In this document: positions 19,744 through 28,749 of the stretch, piece after piece
Position numbering within the stretch: position 1 is the first letter of the stretch
Layout: every line of letters starts with the position of its first letter
Assembly (NCBI GenBank): GCA_963664195.1
Contig: OY760907.1
Span: 32,001-96,000 of the forward strand
Length of the DNA: 64,000 bases
DNA from: an uncultured candidate division Zixibacteria bacterium
GTDB lineage: Bacteria; Zixibacteria; MSB-5A5; GN15; FEB-12
Reading direction: 5' to 3'
Program-made: the position numbers and the translations under genes
Notes under the pieces: generated by a model
Told to the model about the DNA's origin: nothing
Databases searched by the model: none
Seen by the model: the letters and a program-made list of their open reading frames with translations, nothing else

Positions 19744-19973
19744 AAACAGTCTCCAATACGTTCCGAAAGTCGATTTCGATGTAAGTATCCGAGAGGATAT
19801 GCTCAAAATGTATGTGCTCAGAACAACGCGGGGTACACCTGTACCCGGCCGTTCTATCACTTAATATCGACTAAAACGCAGGATTTGCAAGCGGAAAAGG
19901 CCATCGTGGTCCCGTTTTGACCGAGACTGCTGAGGAGGTGCATATACTCGTGCAGTACTTCAGTAGGTAGTAC

Positions 19974-20013
19974 AAAAAAGACCGAAGCAGACTGCCCGTG
20001 TCTGCTCCGGTCT
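19974..20013 (-). terminator. Intrinsic terminator
   Basis: AGACCGGAGCAGAC-acgggca-GTCTGCTTCGGTCT then TTTTT. Confidence 0.8.
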
Positions 20014-20041
20014 GGGGAGGGTTATTAACAGAACCGAAAAT

Positions 20042-20374
20042 CTACATGGTGAAGAAGCGCTCGCCCTTCAGAATTTGATCCAGCATCTTGATAGATTTTT
20101 CAGTCGGCGACTGCATAATGTCTCCCTGGTGGAAGATGCTTCGGATCTTTTCACGGCGTCCCTTGCCGAAGATAAGATCCTCGGCTCTGGCTTTGCGCTT
20201 GTGTTTCAGGCTGTATTGTCTCTGATACTCCCGAGCCCGCTCACGGTTTTCACGGTAATATCTTCTCAAATACTCTTTGCGCTCGGGCGATGTCTCTGTT
20301 CTTGCCGACTGGCCGTTGTTGGCCCGGCTGGAATTGTCGTCTATTCTTAGATCTGACATGTGTACGTCTGTCAT
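20042..20374 (-). CDS. Hypothetical basic helical protein
   Basis: ERKEYLRRYYRENRERAREYQRQY charged helix; followed by strong terminator. Confidence 0.6.
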   Translation of the reverse strand: MTDVHMSDLRIDDNSSRANNGQSARTETSPERKEYLRRYYRENRERAREYQRQYSLKHKRKARAEDLIFGKGRREKIRSIFHQGDIMQSPTEKSIKMLDQILKGERFFTM

Positions 20375-20548
20375 AGTGAACCTCGACGTTTACGGTTTGG
20401 TGATGTTGATGCTATCAGGGCCGGTTTCAGCAACGCCGTAGTTGGCGGGCCATCCAGACGGCCGGAAATCCAGGCACAAAGAGACTGGACGGTTGTCTTA
20501 CGTGATACCGGTGGTTCCGCACCGATCTTTTCCATGTGCAGTCTCATC

Positions 20549-20992
20549 TTAGCTGTATCGTGCCGCGCCATTCATTTCCCCTGATTTCATGTCCATGTGC
20601 GTACCGCCGGTCAAACCGTTCGCGTCAAGCGTCTCGAATGACCTTGGCTCCATCAAATTGGTGATCTTGCTGTCGAAATCACCGTCTGTCTTGTGAATAC
20701 CCGGGACGGCCGGCCCGTCTCCATCGTCTCCTACAATACCGGTCATCCCGCTGCCGCCCACGGTACTACCCTTACCGTAAACATGCTTCTTGAGAATCTC
20801 ATCCAGTACTTCGACTGAACGGATTTCGTGGGACATCTTCTCCTGATCGCGCTTGAGTTCCTGTCCAAGCCCGCTAATCAGGTCCGAAAGCCGGTTAACC
20901 TGTGCAAGTGTTTCCTGAAGCTGGCCAACATACACAGCCTGTTGAGCCATCTTCCGGGTGATCTGTTTGATCTGGTGGTAAGTTATCACCAA
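20549..20992 (-). CDS. Hypothetical protein with N-terminal coiled coil
   Basis: AAGGAG RBS before start; heptad-like N-terminal half, low-complexity C-terminal half. Confidence 0.55.
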   Translation of the reverse strand: MVITYHQIKQITRKMAQQAVYVGQLQETLAQVNRLSDLISGLGQELKRDQEKMSHEIRSVEVLDEILKKHVYGKGSTVGGSGMTGIVGDDGDGPAVPGIHKTDGDFDSKITNLMEPRSFETLDANGLTGGTHMDMKSGEMNGAARYS

Positions 20993-21089
20993 TCATTCTC
21001 CTTGTTCCTTCACGGCAATCGATTCATGCGTTATCGACGGCCAACTCATAAACCCCCTTTTGCCTTGGTGTCACACGGGGGCGGTTCAC

Positions 21090-21293
21090 CTACTCATCGG
21101 TCTCAGATCGCCTCCTTTCCCCGGTCACGGATCTGGGCTCATTGACTATGGAGTTCGGGTGTATCGCATCGGCTGAGACCGGGCAACGAAGATCTTCTCC
21201 AACCTTGCCGAGGAACTCGCGGCTTTTGTCGGACGTGGTGTCTTTCCCGGACATCAGCGTTCTGTTCTTACGAAAGAAAGGTACGATAAACAT
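21090..21293 (-). CDS. Possible small hypothetical protein
   Basis: ATG after AAGGA, co-oriented with neighbours; no recognisable motif. Confidence 0.3.
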   Translation of the reverse strand: MFIVPFFRKNRTLMSGKDTTSDKSREFLGKVGEDLRCPVSADAIHPNSIVNEPRSVTGERRRSETDE

Positions 21294-21551
21294 TGCAATC
21301 CTTGGGTCGTCGCTCTGAGCTGTGGCACTTGGTGCCGACAGCCGGTTCTTCGAGGACTCAATACCGGAACAGTATCAGGATGCAGCGGGTCGAGCAGTAG
21401 TCGGGTGGCGGGAGGCGGCAAGTCAGCCGGTCCCGCAAAAATCAGCCTGTGTGATTACGTTGTTCTGGTTCTCTGTAACAGCATGACTCTTCCGTCAGGT
21501 CAGTAAGTCAGTAGCAACTCATCTCTCTTTTTTTGGTTCCGCCAGACTACA

Positions 21552-21764
21552 TTACACGTTGTAGCTGACGACTTCAGTTACCTTGGTCGGCCGGCTCGGC
21601 TGAGCCTTCTGCTTGCGCTTAAGAGTGGTGAAGCACGACTTGCAGCGCTTCGGGTCTCTCTTGTAGCCGCGGTCCGCGAAGTACTCAAGGGCATCGGCGG
21701 TGATTACGAACTCTTCTCCGCAATCCTTGCAAATCAACACTTTTGAAACGAATTCTGAAGCCAT
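21552..21764 (-). CDS. Zinc-ribbon domain protein (zf-trcl type)
   Basis: LICKDCGEEF...YF..RGY...PKRCKSC. Confidence 0.85.
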   Translation of the reverse strand: MASEFVSKVLICKDCGEEFVITADALEYFADRGYKRDPKRCKSCFTTLKRKQKAQPSRPTKVTEVVSYNV

Positions 21765-21937
21765 GGTCTCTCTTCCTGGATCTCAGTGGCTCTCGTGGTA
21801 ACAGGATCGATAGCGAGCGAGGCGAAAACTCCGAGGTCGTCGCCTCGCTACGACCCAAACTACATCCCTGTCATCAATCACTTTTCCGGCCGCTTTCGCT
21901 TGCCGGTCATGTGACCGACTTCCCGTATGCTGACACC

Positions 21938-21993
21938 AAGGTAACCCGAATCATGGATTCGTCAATGAGGGTTAAATACGTATCGATTACGTA
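21938..21993 (-). promoter_or_regulatory. Candidate promoter with upstream palindromic operator
   Basis: TTGACG (21960-21965)-16 nt-TACCTT; TACGTA-N5-TACGTA at 21977-21993 just upstream of the -35. Confidence 0.45.
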
Positions 21994-22017
21994 GTGTGGG
22001 TGTCGCAGGATTTGCGA

Positions 22018-24447
22018 CTAATGAGAACGAAGGAAAGTATTCAGATTGATGTCTTTGTTCTGGATACCGAGCTTCTTCCGAATCGACTCGCGATGTTTGT
22101 GAATCGTTAGCAGGGAGAGATTTAGCTCCTCAGATATCTGCTTTGAGGACATGCCATCCTCGATCAATTCGCAGATTTCCACCTCTCTCGCGGAGAGGTG
22201 TGAGTAGCGTGATTTGAACGGTTCTATTCGTGTTGACAGGACACCTTTGAGCTGTCTGTCCAGTTCATCCAGCTCCCGTTCCAAATCGTCCGGTGCAGAG
22301 TCGGCGAGAAGTGCCAGAGACTTCTTGAGCACAGCTTCCAAGTCGCTGTACAGCAACTCCTTAAACTCCGACTTCTCCTTTTCGATGTGTTTCAGGATTT
22401 GATTCAGAGTGATATTTTTCTCAGTGAGGGCGCGGCGTTCTGCAGTTAGCTCTTCTGTGGTTTTCCGCAACATGTCTTCAGTCACTTTGCGCTCGGTGAT
22501 GTCGGTAAAAACGGCAAATGCCCCGGCCATGCGACCACTCACATCGTAAGTCGCCTCCGGCGAAACAATCGTGGTTATGCTGGAGCCATCTTTCCTGACC
22601 CATTCAAGCTCATACGGTCCAGATTCCCCCTGACGCCGCTTGATTGCCTGCTCTTCGAGCTCCACCCTGCTCCTCGCACTCAGATGTACTTTCGGATCGG
22701 TGCCGATCAGTTCCTGCCTGGAATAACCGAGCATCTGACAGAATGCCACGTTCACAAACGTCAGAATTCCCTGTCCGTTACGTATTGCCAAACCCTCGGT
22801 CATGGTCTCGATCAAGCTGCGATAGTGTTCCTCTGATTCTCTAACAGCGTCTTCCATCCGTTTGCGTTCGCTAACATCGTCGAAAATCGAGACAATCTCC
22901 CCGGAAGGCAGCTTAAAGACGTAGTTCTCGACCCAGAAGGAAGTTCTCGCATCGTTATATTCCACAGCCGGGAGACGCACAGGTTCGCCCGTACGCCAGA
23001 CTCTCCCCATGACCTGGTAGAGCCCCAGTTCGAACGCCCCCGTAAAAGACTCACCCAGTGTTTTGCCAATGACGGCCTGCTTGTCAACCCGGCACACCGC
23101 CTCTCCGGCACTGTTAATATCATTGAGGATGAATTCGGCGCCATCGTCGACCGCAGAGTACACAGCCACGCCGCTGCTCATATGATCAAACAGCTCGCGG
23201 AACCGCTCTTCGGTCTCACGCAACGCCGCCTGGGCTTGATTGCGACGAGTAACATCCTGGAACACGACCTGCGAGGAAGGCTTTCCTCGAAAATCAACCG
23301 GTGAACCAACCGCCTCAATGTCGATTGCGGTGCCATCCATGCGGATCATCCTGGTTTCCCACTTGCCGGGCATGGCACGCCGGGCATACACTGCCTCGGC
23401 CCGCTCTATTCCAGCCTCGCGGAAGTCCGGATGCAGGATGTCCCAGATTGGCCGTCCGAGGAAATTCTCGCCGGAAATGCCACCCAGTAAGCGCGACGCC
23501 ACGGTGTTCATAAAAACGATCCTGCCCCCGCTGTGGACCATAATCGGAATCGGGGATCCGTCGACCAACGTGCGATACCGTTCTTCACTCTCCATGAGCT
23601 TACCGATAACATCCGTGCGCTCAGTTACATCCCTGACAATAGCCAGAATTCGCGGGTCATCATCAGTATCCATGCGACTCAGTGACACCTCGGCATCAAA
23701 CACGCCACCGTCGGAACGCAAGTGCTGCCACGCGAATACCTGCGGAGTTCCTCCTGAGGCCAACCCGATATGTTCTTCCGAAGCCTCAGCCGATTCTCTG
23801 CCGCCCGGCTGCAATTCTGGCGAGATCATGGCCGGAGTCATACTCAACAGTTCCTCGCGTGTGTATCCGAACATCTCTAACGTGCGGGGATTGCAGTCCA
23901 CAAACCGATCATCCTGCATCACGAAGATGGCATCGTAGGCATTTTCAAACAGGGTCTGATAGCGGGCCCTGCCGCCGGCTTCACCCGACATGTCACTCGA
24001 AGGCATATCCGCCGCTATCGTATAGACGGTGAGTGATCCCGATTCCATCGGGAAGCTATCCTTCCGATACGAAACGCTCTGTTCCTCACCATCCTTGATC
24101 GACAGCAAACCTCTCAGGGGCAAAGCAGTGCCGGAGGACGTGACATCGTTTTCGAGAGATTGCATGCGGTTTGACGACGGTTCAACCGCGAGCGATAGGA
24201 TAGTGTCAACCGGCTTCCCGGCGACATCGTCCACGGAGACGGCCGCCATAGCCTCAGCCGCAGAATTCAGAAATCGAATCGTGCCGCTAGTGTCCGCGAC
24301 AATCACCGCATTGCTCTGTAGCTCCAGAAACCGACAAAGCCCACCGGCGTCCCGCTCGAATGCCAGCGAAGCATCCGCACGGTCCGGCCTTCTTGAGGCC
24401 GAACGAAGCGTCAGTTTGGATTTAGGCTTCATCTCATACAGTCCCAC
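22018..24447 (-). CDS. Multi-PAS (about 5 PAS/PAC) LuxR-family one-component transcriptional regulator
   Basis: Repeated ESEE.YR.L.E / D(V/I)TERK PAS junctions; C-terminal LSAREVEICELIEDGMSSKQISEELNLSLLTIHKHRESIRKKL HTH. Confidence 0.9.
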   Translation of the reverse strand: MGLYEMKPKSKLTLRSASRRPDRADASLAFERDAGGLCRFLELQSNAVIVADTSGTIRFLNSAAEAMAAVSVDDVAGKPVDTILSLAVEPSSNRMQSLENDVTSSGTALPLRGLLSIKDGEEQSVSYRKDSFPMESGSLTVYTIAADMPSSDMSGEAGGRARYQTLFENAYDAIFVMQDDRFVDCNPRTLEMFGYTREELLSMTPAMISPELQPGGRESAEASEEHIGLASGGTPQVFAWQHLRSDGGVFDAEVSLSRMDTDDDPRILAIVRDVTERTDVIGKLMESEERYRTLVDGSPIPIMVHSGGRIVFMNTVASRLLGGISGENFLGRPIWDILHPDFREAGIERAEAVYARRAMPGKWETRMIRMDGTAIDIEAVGSPVDFRGKPSSQVVFQDVTRRNQAQAALRETEERFRELFDHMSSGVAVYSAVDDGAEFILNDINSAGEAVCRVDKQAVIGKTLGESFTGAFELGLYQVMGRVWRTGEPVRLPAVEYNDARTSFWVENYVFKLPSGEIVSIFDDVSERKRMEDAVRESEEHYRSLIETMTEGLAIRNGQGILTFVNVAFCQMLGYSRQELIGTDPKVHLSARSRVELEEQAIKRRQGESGPYELEWVRKDGSSITTIVSPEATYDVSGRMAGAFAVFTDITERKVTEDMLRKTTEELTAERRALTEKNITLNQILKHIEKEKSEFKELLYSDLEAVLKKSLALLADSAPDDLERELDELDRQLKGVLSTRIEPFKSRYSHLSAREVEICELIEDGMSSKQISEELNLSLLTIHKHRESIRKKLGIQNKDINLNTFLRSH

Positions 24448-24873
24448 AAAAAGATCAGCGGGCTATCGTTGAAACCGGTTGCGCTAGTCCTGTTGAATCG
24501 TGCAGGTAAGAAAGCCGATGGCTTCCCCTGTCGTCTGCCCGGAGTAATCAGTAATACGTAAAACGTTCCCACAATGCTCAATGCCTATATATTGTTACGG
24601 AAAGAAACCGTATGGCAGTGGTATGAGATTGGCAAATGTTGTTCTGTTTTAGCTTACTCCGTCCCGTACGCAACACTCTCCCATTCACACTTCGAGCTAA
24701 CGACGACACGAGGCTGTGGCGGATGAGGTGCGACTCAACAGTCTGTCACGAGTCTCATGATGTCAGAATAGGCGAAGCTAGATGGCTCAATGATGTCCCT
24801 TACCTCCGTAAAAGATACGCACAACGCGGCCAGGTGTCAAGCCCTGAAATACGCATAAACGCATATAATGCAA

Positions 24874-24904
24874 CAAAATAGCCGGTAGCGTGGAGCTACC
24901 GGCT
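24874..24904 (-). terminator. Intrinsic terminator
   Basis: AGCCGGTAGC-tccac-GCTACCGGCT then ATTTT. Confidence 0.75.
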
Positions 24905-24931
24905 GAAGTTTCGTAGTTTGATTATACGAAC

Positions 24932-25093
24932 TCATATTCGACGTCGTAAGATCACGAATCCAGTCAGGCCGAATATCATAAGCAGCAGGCTCGCCGGTTC
25001 CGGAGTAGCGATCACTCCTGCCGTCACACCATCGACCCCGCCGTTGTCGAATCCGACCATCATCACTGCGCGATCAAGATGTGTATGATTCAA
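24932..25093 (-). pseudogene. Stand-alone PEP-CTERM sorting-signal fragment (53 aa from TTG, 43 aa from ATG 25063)
   Basis: Below ORF-track cutoff; manual translation ...VTAGVIATPEPASLLLMIFGLTGFVILRRRI*; in-frame TGA shortly upstream, no signal peptide. Confidence 0.65.
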
Positions 25094-25211
25094 ATGCTTT
25101 TGACTACTAAACGCCGAAACCTGTCAGACTGATAGAGCTTGGGATCCAGAATTGGTGAGACAGGGGCTAATATCGTGTTCTTTGTTCAGAAACGGGGCAA
25201 GACGAAGCGAT

Positions 25212-25949
25212 TCACTCATTGGGAATCGAGGTCGAGGGACAACAGTGTACCTTGACTTCACCTTTGTCCGTGTTTTCGAGAACAGGGCTGATATAGGGTA
25301 TGCCCAGTGACAGTCCGCGGAGGATGAACAGGACGGCCAGCACAATCGCTCCGATCGGCATGAGTTTGTTTAGACGACGCTTAAGCCGAACACCGATCAG
25401 GGCACCGAAGACGGATATGGCAAGCATCACCGGAAAGGTCCCGGCCCCAAACGTGGCCATGTACGCGGCTCCACCAACAGCCGTTCCGGTCGAGATCGCT
25501 CCGGCCAGGGCGACATAGACCAATCCGCACGGCAGGAAACCGTTGAGAAGGCCGATTACGAAAAGCGACCTGGTTGAACCGTCGCTGAACAGCCGTCCCC
25601 ACAGCTTCTTGATTCGTCCGACAAACCTCGTGTGCCATCCCTTTGGCGCGAGACGCGCGGCATACTTCGAGGGCAGGAAAACACCGATTAGCAGAAGAAC
25701 GCCGAGGCCAATCGAAACCCACCGTTGATACCCGGCCATGAGAAGAGTTCGCCCTATCAGGCCACAGATCAATCCGAGGAATGCGTAGGTGATAATCCGG
25801 CCCGTGTTGTAGGCAACTCTTCCGAAAACATGCCCCAATCGCGAGGGCTGTCCCGACGGCAGCACAACCGCTATCGGTCCACACATGCCGATGCAGTGCA
25901 GTGATCCGCCCAGTCCGAGAATCAGTGCCGTCCAAAGATCCATAGCCAT
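25212..25949 (-). CDS. DsbD_2 / TauE-SafE-like membrane protein of cbb3 maturation
   Basis: GSLHCIGMCGPI and GFLPCGLVY motifs; last gene of cco cluster. Confidence 0.9.
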   Translation of the reverse strand: MAMDLWTALILGLGGSLHCIGMCGPIAVVLPSGQPSRLGHVFGRVAYNTGRIITYAFLGLICGLIGRTLLMAGYQRWVSIGLGVLLLIGVFLPSKYAARLAPKGWHTRFVGRIKKLWGRLFSDGSTRSLFVIGLLNGFLPCGLVYVALAGAISTGTAVGGAAYMATFGAGTFPVMLAISVFGALIGVRLKRRLNKLMPIGAIVLAVLFILRGLSLGIPYISPVLENTDKGEVKVHCCPSTSIPNE

Positions 25950-25955
25950 CTTCTC

Positions 25956-26420
25956 CTACTCAATAATGAGTATCTGCTCTGAAAAGTACCCCTCGGTGCC
26001 GTTCGCCCACGACACTCTTGTTCGCCACAACCCCTTGGCCATCTGCGCAGCGTCAATGTACTGGCGCCCGAGAGAATCAATTGCGACCGGAAACTCCCGA
26101 TCAAGTCCCGAGTTCGACGGTCGTACCATAACCACCGTACCTGACAGCGCCTGACCGACCGAATCCACGGGATAATCGATCAGGATCATTCCGGAGGGCC
26201 TGTCGTATGTGACCGACATCTGCCCACTCAATCGACTCGTGCGGTTCACACGGTCAATCTGATCCTGGTAGGCCAGTTCCTGCTGGTAGTAGTTTTCATC
26301 AACAAGCTCTATATCCTGATAAGACACAAAAAAGACCAGAGCCAGAATAAAAACGACAAAACCGCCGTACAGAAAGAATATACCTCTGCCCCAACCGGAC
26401 TCTTTGACCCGCTCGCTCAT
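25956..26420 (-). CDS. ccoH: FixH/CcoH family protein
   Basis: N-terminal TM, LVDENYYQQELAYQ, RPS, GLW; operon position. Confidence 0.85.
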   Translation of the reverse strand: MSERVKESGWGRGIFFLYGGFVVFILALVFFVSYQDIELVDENYYQQELAYQDQIDRVNRTSRLSGQMSVTYDRPSGMILIDYPVDSVGQALSGTVVMVRPSNSGLDREFPVAIDSLGRQYIDAAQMAKGLWRTRVSWANGTEGYFSEQILIIE

Positions 26421-27850
26421 TGTTCACCTCCGGCACCGGAACTGCCTGACTGCGGCCCCCGGAACGATGTGGTTACTTCCTCTACGATCTCGCCATTGTG
26501 GAGCACTTCAATGACAATTATGGTCGAGGAACCGTGCATGAGTTCGGCGGGCAGTGTCACAACCGCAGCCGACTCAGCATATCCTTCCGGCTTCACTCTC
26601 AGCTCCCCGCCGATCGTCTCCATTGTGCCGGCGGCCGGAGATTTCAGACGGAAAGTGATCGACAATTCTTTAAACGTCTTGTTCGCTACGTTGACCGTGT
26701 AGACATTCTGTAAGGCTCCTCCGACCGTCTCCTGACACAACGACCCCGGAGCGCGGAGGATTGTCGTCTCGACATCGGATCGGGTGGTCAAAAGAAAGGT
26801 TGACACGGCCAGCAAACCGACCAGCAGCACCGAGTAGATAGCGAGTCGCCCGGTCATCTTGAAACCGGCGCCGGACGCAATGCGAGACTCCGAGGAATAC
26901 CTTATCAACCCCTCCGGATAATCGACTTTCCGCATGGTTCGATTGCAGGCGTCGATACATGCCGTGCAGTTGACACACTCAAGCTGCGTGCCGTTGCGGA
27001 TATCGATCCCGGTCGGACAGACCGCCACGCACTGGCCACACTCGACACAGTCACCTGCATCGGCGCGCTCTTCGGTTCGGCTGAGCGGTTTGCGCGGTTC
27101 GCCGCGACGGTAATCGTAGGCCACGATAATAGAATTGCTGTCTATCAGGACCGACTGCAGACGCCCGTACGGGCACACAATCGTACATGCCTGTTCGCGG
27201 AACCAGGAGAATACGCCATAAAACAGAAAACTGAAAATGAGCATGATTACCAACCCGGCAACGTGCTCCGAGGGCGGAGCAGTGACTATCTCACGGAGAC
27301 GTTCAATGCCGATGATGTAGGCAAGAAACGTGTTGCCGACCAGAAATGATATGCCGTAGAAGACGGTATGTTTCAGTGCCCGCTTGAACAATTTCTCAGC
27401 GTTCCAATTCTGTTTTTTGAGCCGACGCTGTTTGGCGGGACCACCGTCAATCCAGAATTCAATCCGCCGAAACAGCATCTCAAGGAACACCGTCTGGGGG
27501 CATATCCAGCCGCAGAACAGGCGACCGAACACGGCGGTGAACAGGACGACAAAAACGATAAACGTAATCGTGGCGAGCACAAACAGGTGGAAGTCCTGCG
27601 GCCAGAAGGCGAGGCCAAAGATTATGAACCGACGGCCCAGGATGTCGAATAGCAGCATCGGTTCGCCGCCGAACTTGATGAACGGCGCCCCGAAAAAGAA
27701 TGCAAACAGGAAGACCGACACGATCGTGCGGGCTGTGTACAACCGGCCCTTCGGTTTGGCCGCAAATACCCACAGGCGACGGCCTGTTTCGTCGGCAGTT
27801 GCGATTTTGTCGCGATAGACGTCTCTGTCAGTGTTGTCCGTCTTGCCCAA
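26417..27850 (-). CDS. ccoG: Cytochrome c oxidase accessory 4Fe-4S protein CcoG
   Basis: CGWICPQT, CPYGRLQ, CVECGQCVAVCP, CVNCTACIDAC. Confidence 0.95.
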   Translation of the reverse strand: MGKTDNTDRDVYRDKIATADETGRRLWVFAAKPKGRLYTARTIVSVFLFAFFFGAPFIKFGGEPMLLFDILGRRFIIFGLAFWPQDFHLFVLATITFIVFVVLFTAVFGRLFCGWICPQTVFLEMLFRRIEFWIDGGPAKQRRLKKQNWNAEKLFKRALKHTVFYGISFLVGNTFLAYIIGIERLREIVTAPPSEHVAGLVIMLIFSFLFYGVFSWFREQACTIVCPYGRLQSVLIDSNSIIVAYDYRRGEPRKPLSRTEERADAGDCVECGQCVAVCPTGIDIRNGTQLECVNCTACIDACNRTMRKVDYPEGLIRYSSESRIASGAGFKMTGRLAIYSVLLVGLLAVSTFLLTTRSDVETTILRAPGSLCQETVGGALQNVYTVNVANKTFKELSITFRLKSPAAGTMETIGGELRVKPEGYAESAAVVTLPAELMHGSSTIIVIEVLHNGEIVEEVTTSFRGPQSGSSGAGGEQ

Positions 27851-27859
27851 TACGTATCC

Positions 27860-28534
27860 TTACTGCGCGATCAATTCACCCTGCGGTGCTTTGGGGTTGG
27901 GGGGATTGGTGCCGCGCAAAGTCAGCACATGACTTGAGACGTCGATAATCTGTTCCGGCTTGAGCATGAGCCGCCAGGAAATCATCCCCTTGGAGGGGTA
28001 ACCGTATTTGACGCTCTTGACCACGTTGGACATACCGTCGCCGTGCAGCCAGTAGTCATCGGTCAGGTTGGGGCCGATGCCCCCCTCTCCAAGTTGCCCG
28101 TGACAGGTCGCGCAGTTTGCCTTAAAGATATCGGCACCGTTCATCAAACGGGCGGCATCAGTGACCGCCATATACACTACCGTATCAGTCGCGGCTGTCT
28201 GGACGGTGACGGCCATCGCCTTACCGCCCGCCAGTGCAGCTCTCCGTGGCGTCATGTCCCCCCCTTGCTTGTAGATGGGAGGATGATACGCAGGTAAGAA
28301 GCCGAGAAATTCACCGTTGGAGGCGTCGACCCGCACATAGTTGGGATTCATCGCCTGCAGGTACTCGTCTTCCTGCAAGTAACCGATTCCGAAAAGGTGG
28401 AAATACAGCATGTAGACGACGGCAAAAACGATGGAGAAGTAGAACAAGTACAACCACCAGCGGGGCAGGTTGTTGTCCATCTCCTGGATGCCGTCATACT
28501 CGTGATCGAGGATCTCTTCGTTGTACTCGGCCAT
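27860..28534 (-). CDS. ccoP: cbb3-type cytochrome c oxidase subunit III (mono-haem)
   Basis: HEYDGIQEMDNNLPRWW, single CATCH, GPNLTDDYWLHG. Confidence 0.93.
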   Translation of the reverse strand: MAEYNEEILDHEYDGIQEMDNNLPRWWLYLFYFSIVFAVVYMLYFHLFGIGYLQEDEYLQAMNPNYVRVDASNGEFLGFLPAYHPPIYKQGGDMTPRRAALAGGKAMAVTVQTAATDTVVYMAVTDAARLMNGADIFKANCATCHGQLGEGGIGPNLTDDYWLHGDGMSNVVKSVKYGYPSKGMISWRLMLKPEQIIDVSSHVLTLRGTNPPNPKAPQGELIAQ

Positions 28535-28536
28535 AA

Positions 28537-28746
28537 TTACTGCCTCCCCTCGATTGAAGGGTCATAATCCGATGTAACCGCGACGCTGGAATCCTCCAAG
28601 GGGATACGGCTCATTTCCAGAGCTTCCTCCCCCGTCATTCTCCAAACGTGCCAGGCGACACCGGCAAACACGATCATAAAGAGGATCAGCGAGATGATCG
28701 GGAATATCTCCACACCCGCAATTGACTGCAAAACGTCTTTGTACAT
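28537..28746 (-). CDS. ccoQ: cbb3-type oxidase small subunit CcoQ
   Basis: Single TM then S.IPLED; lies between ccoO and ccoP. Confidence 0.8.
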   Translation of the reverse strand: MYKDVLQSIAGVEIFPIISLILFMIVFAGVAWHVWRMTGEEALEMSRIPLEDSSVAVTSDYDPSIEGRQ

Positions 28747-28749
28747 CTC

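Noticed and set aside
20371..20571. 66 aa ORF bridging two hypotheticals
   Set aside because: Overlaps its upstream neighbour and has no motif or clear RBS; cannot be supported, though not excluded
18724..21764. Fibre-like gene plus small ORFs as a prophage remnant
   Set aside because: Fibre protein has a Sec signal peptide; no integrase, capsid, terminase or att-like repeats seen
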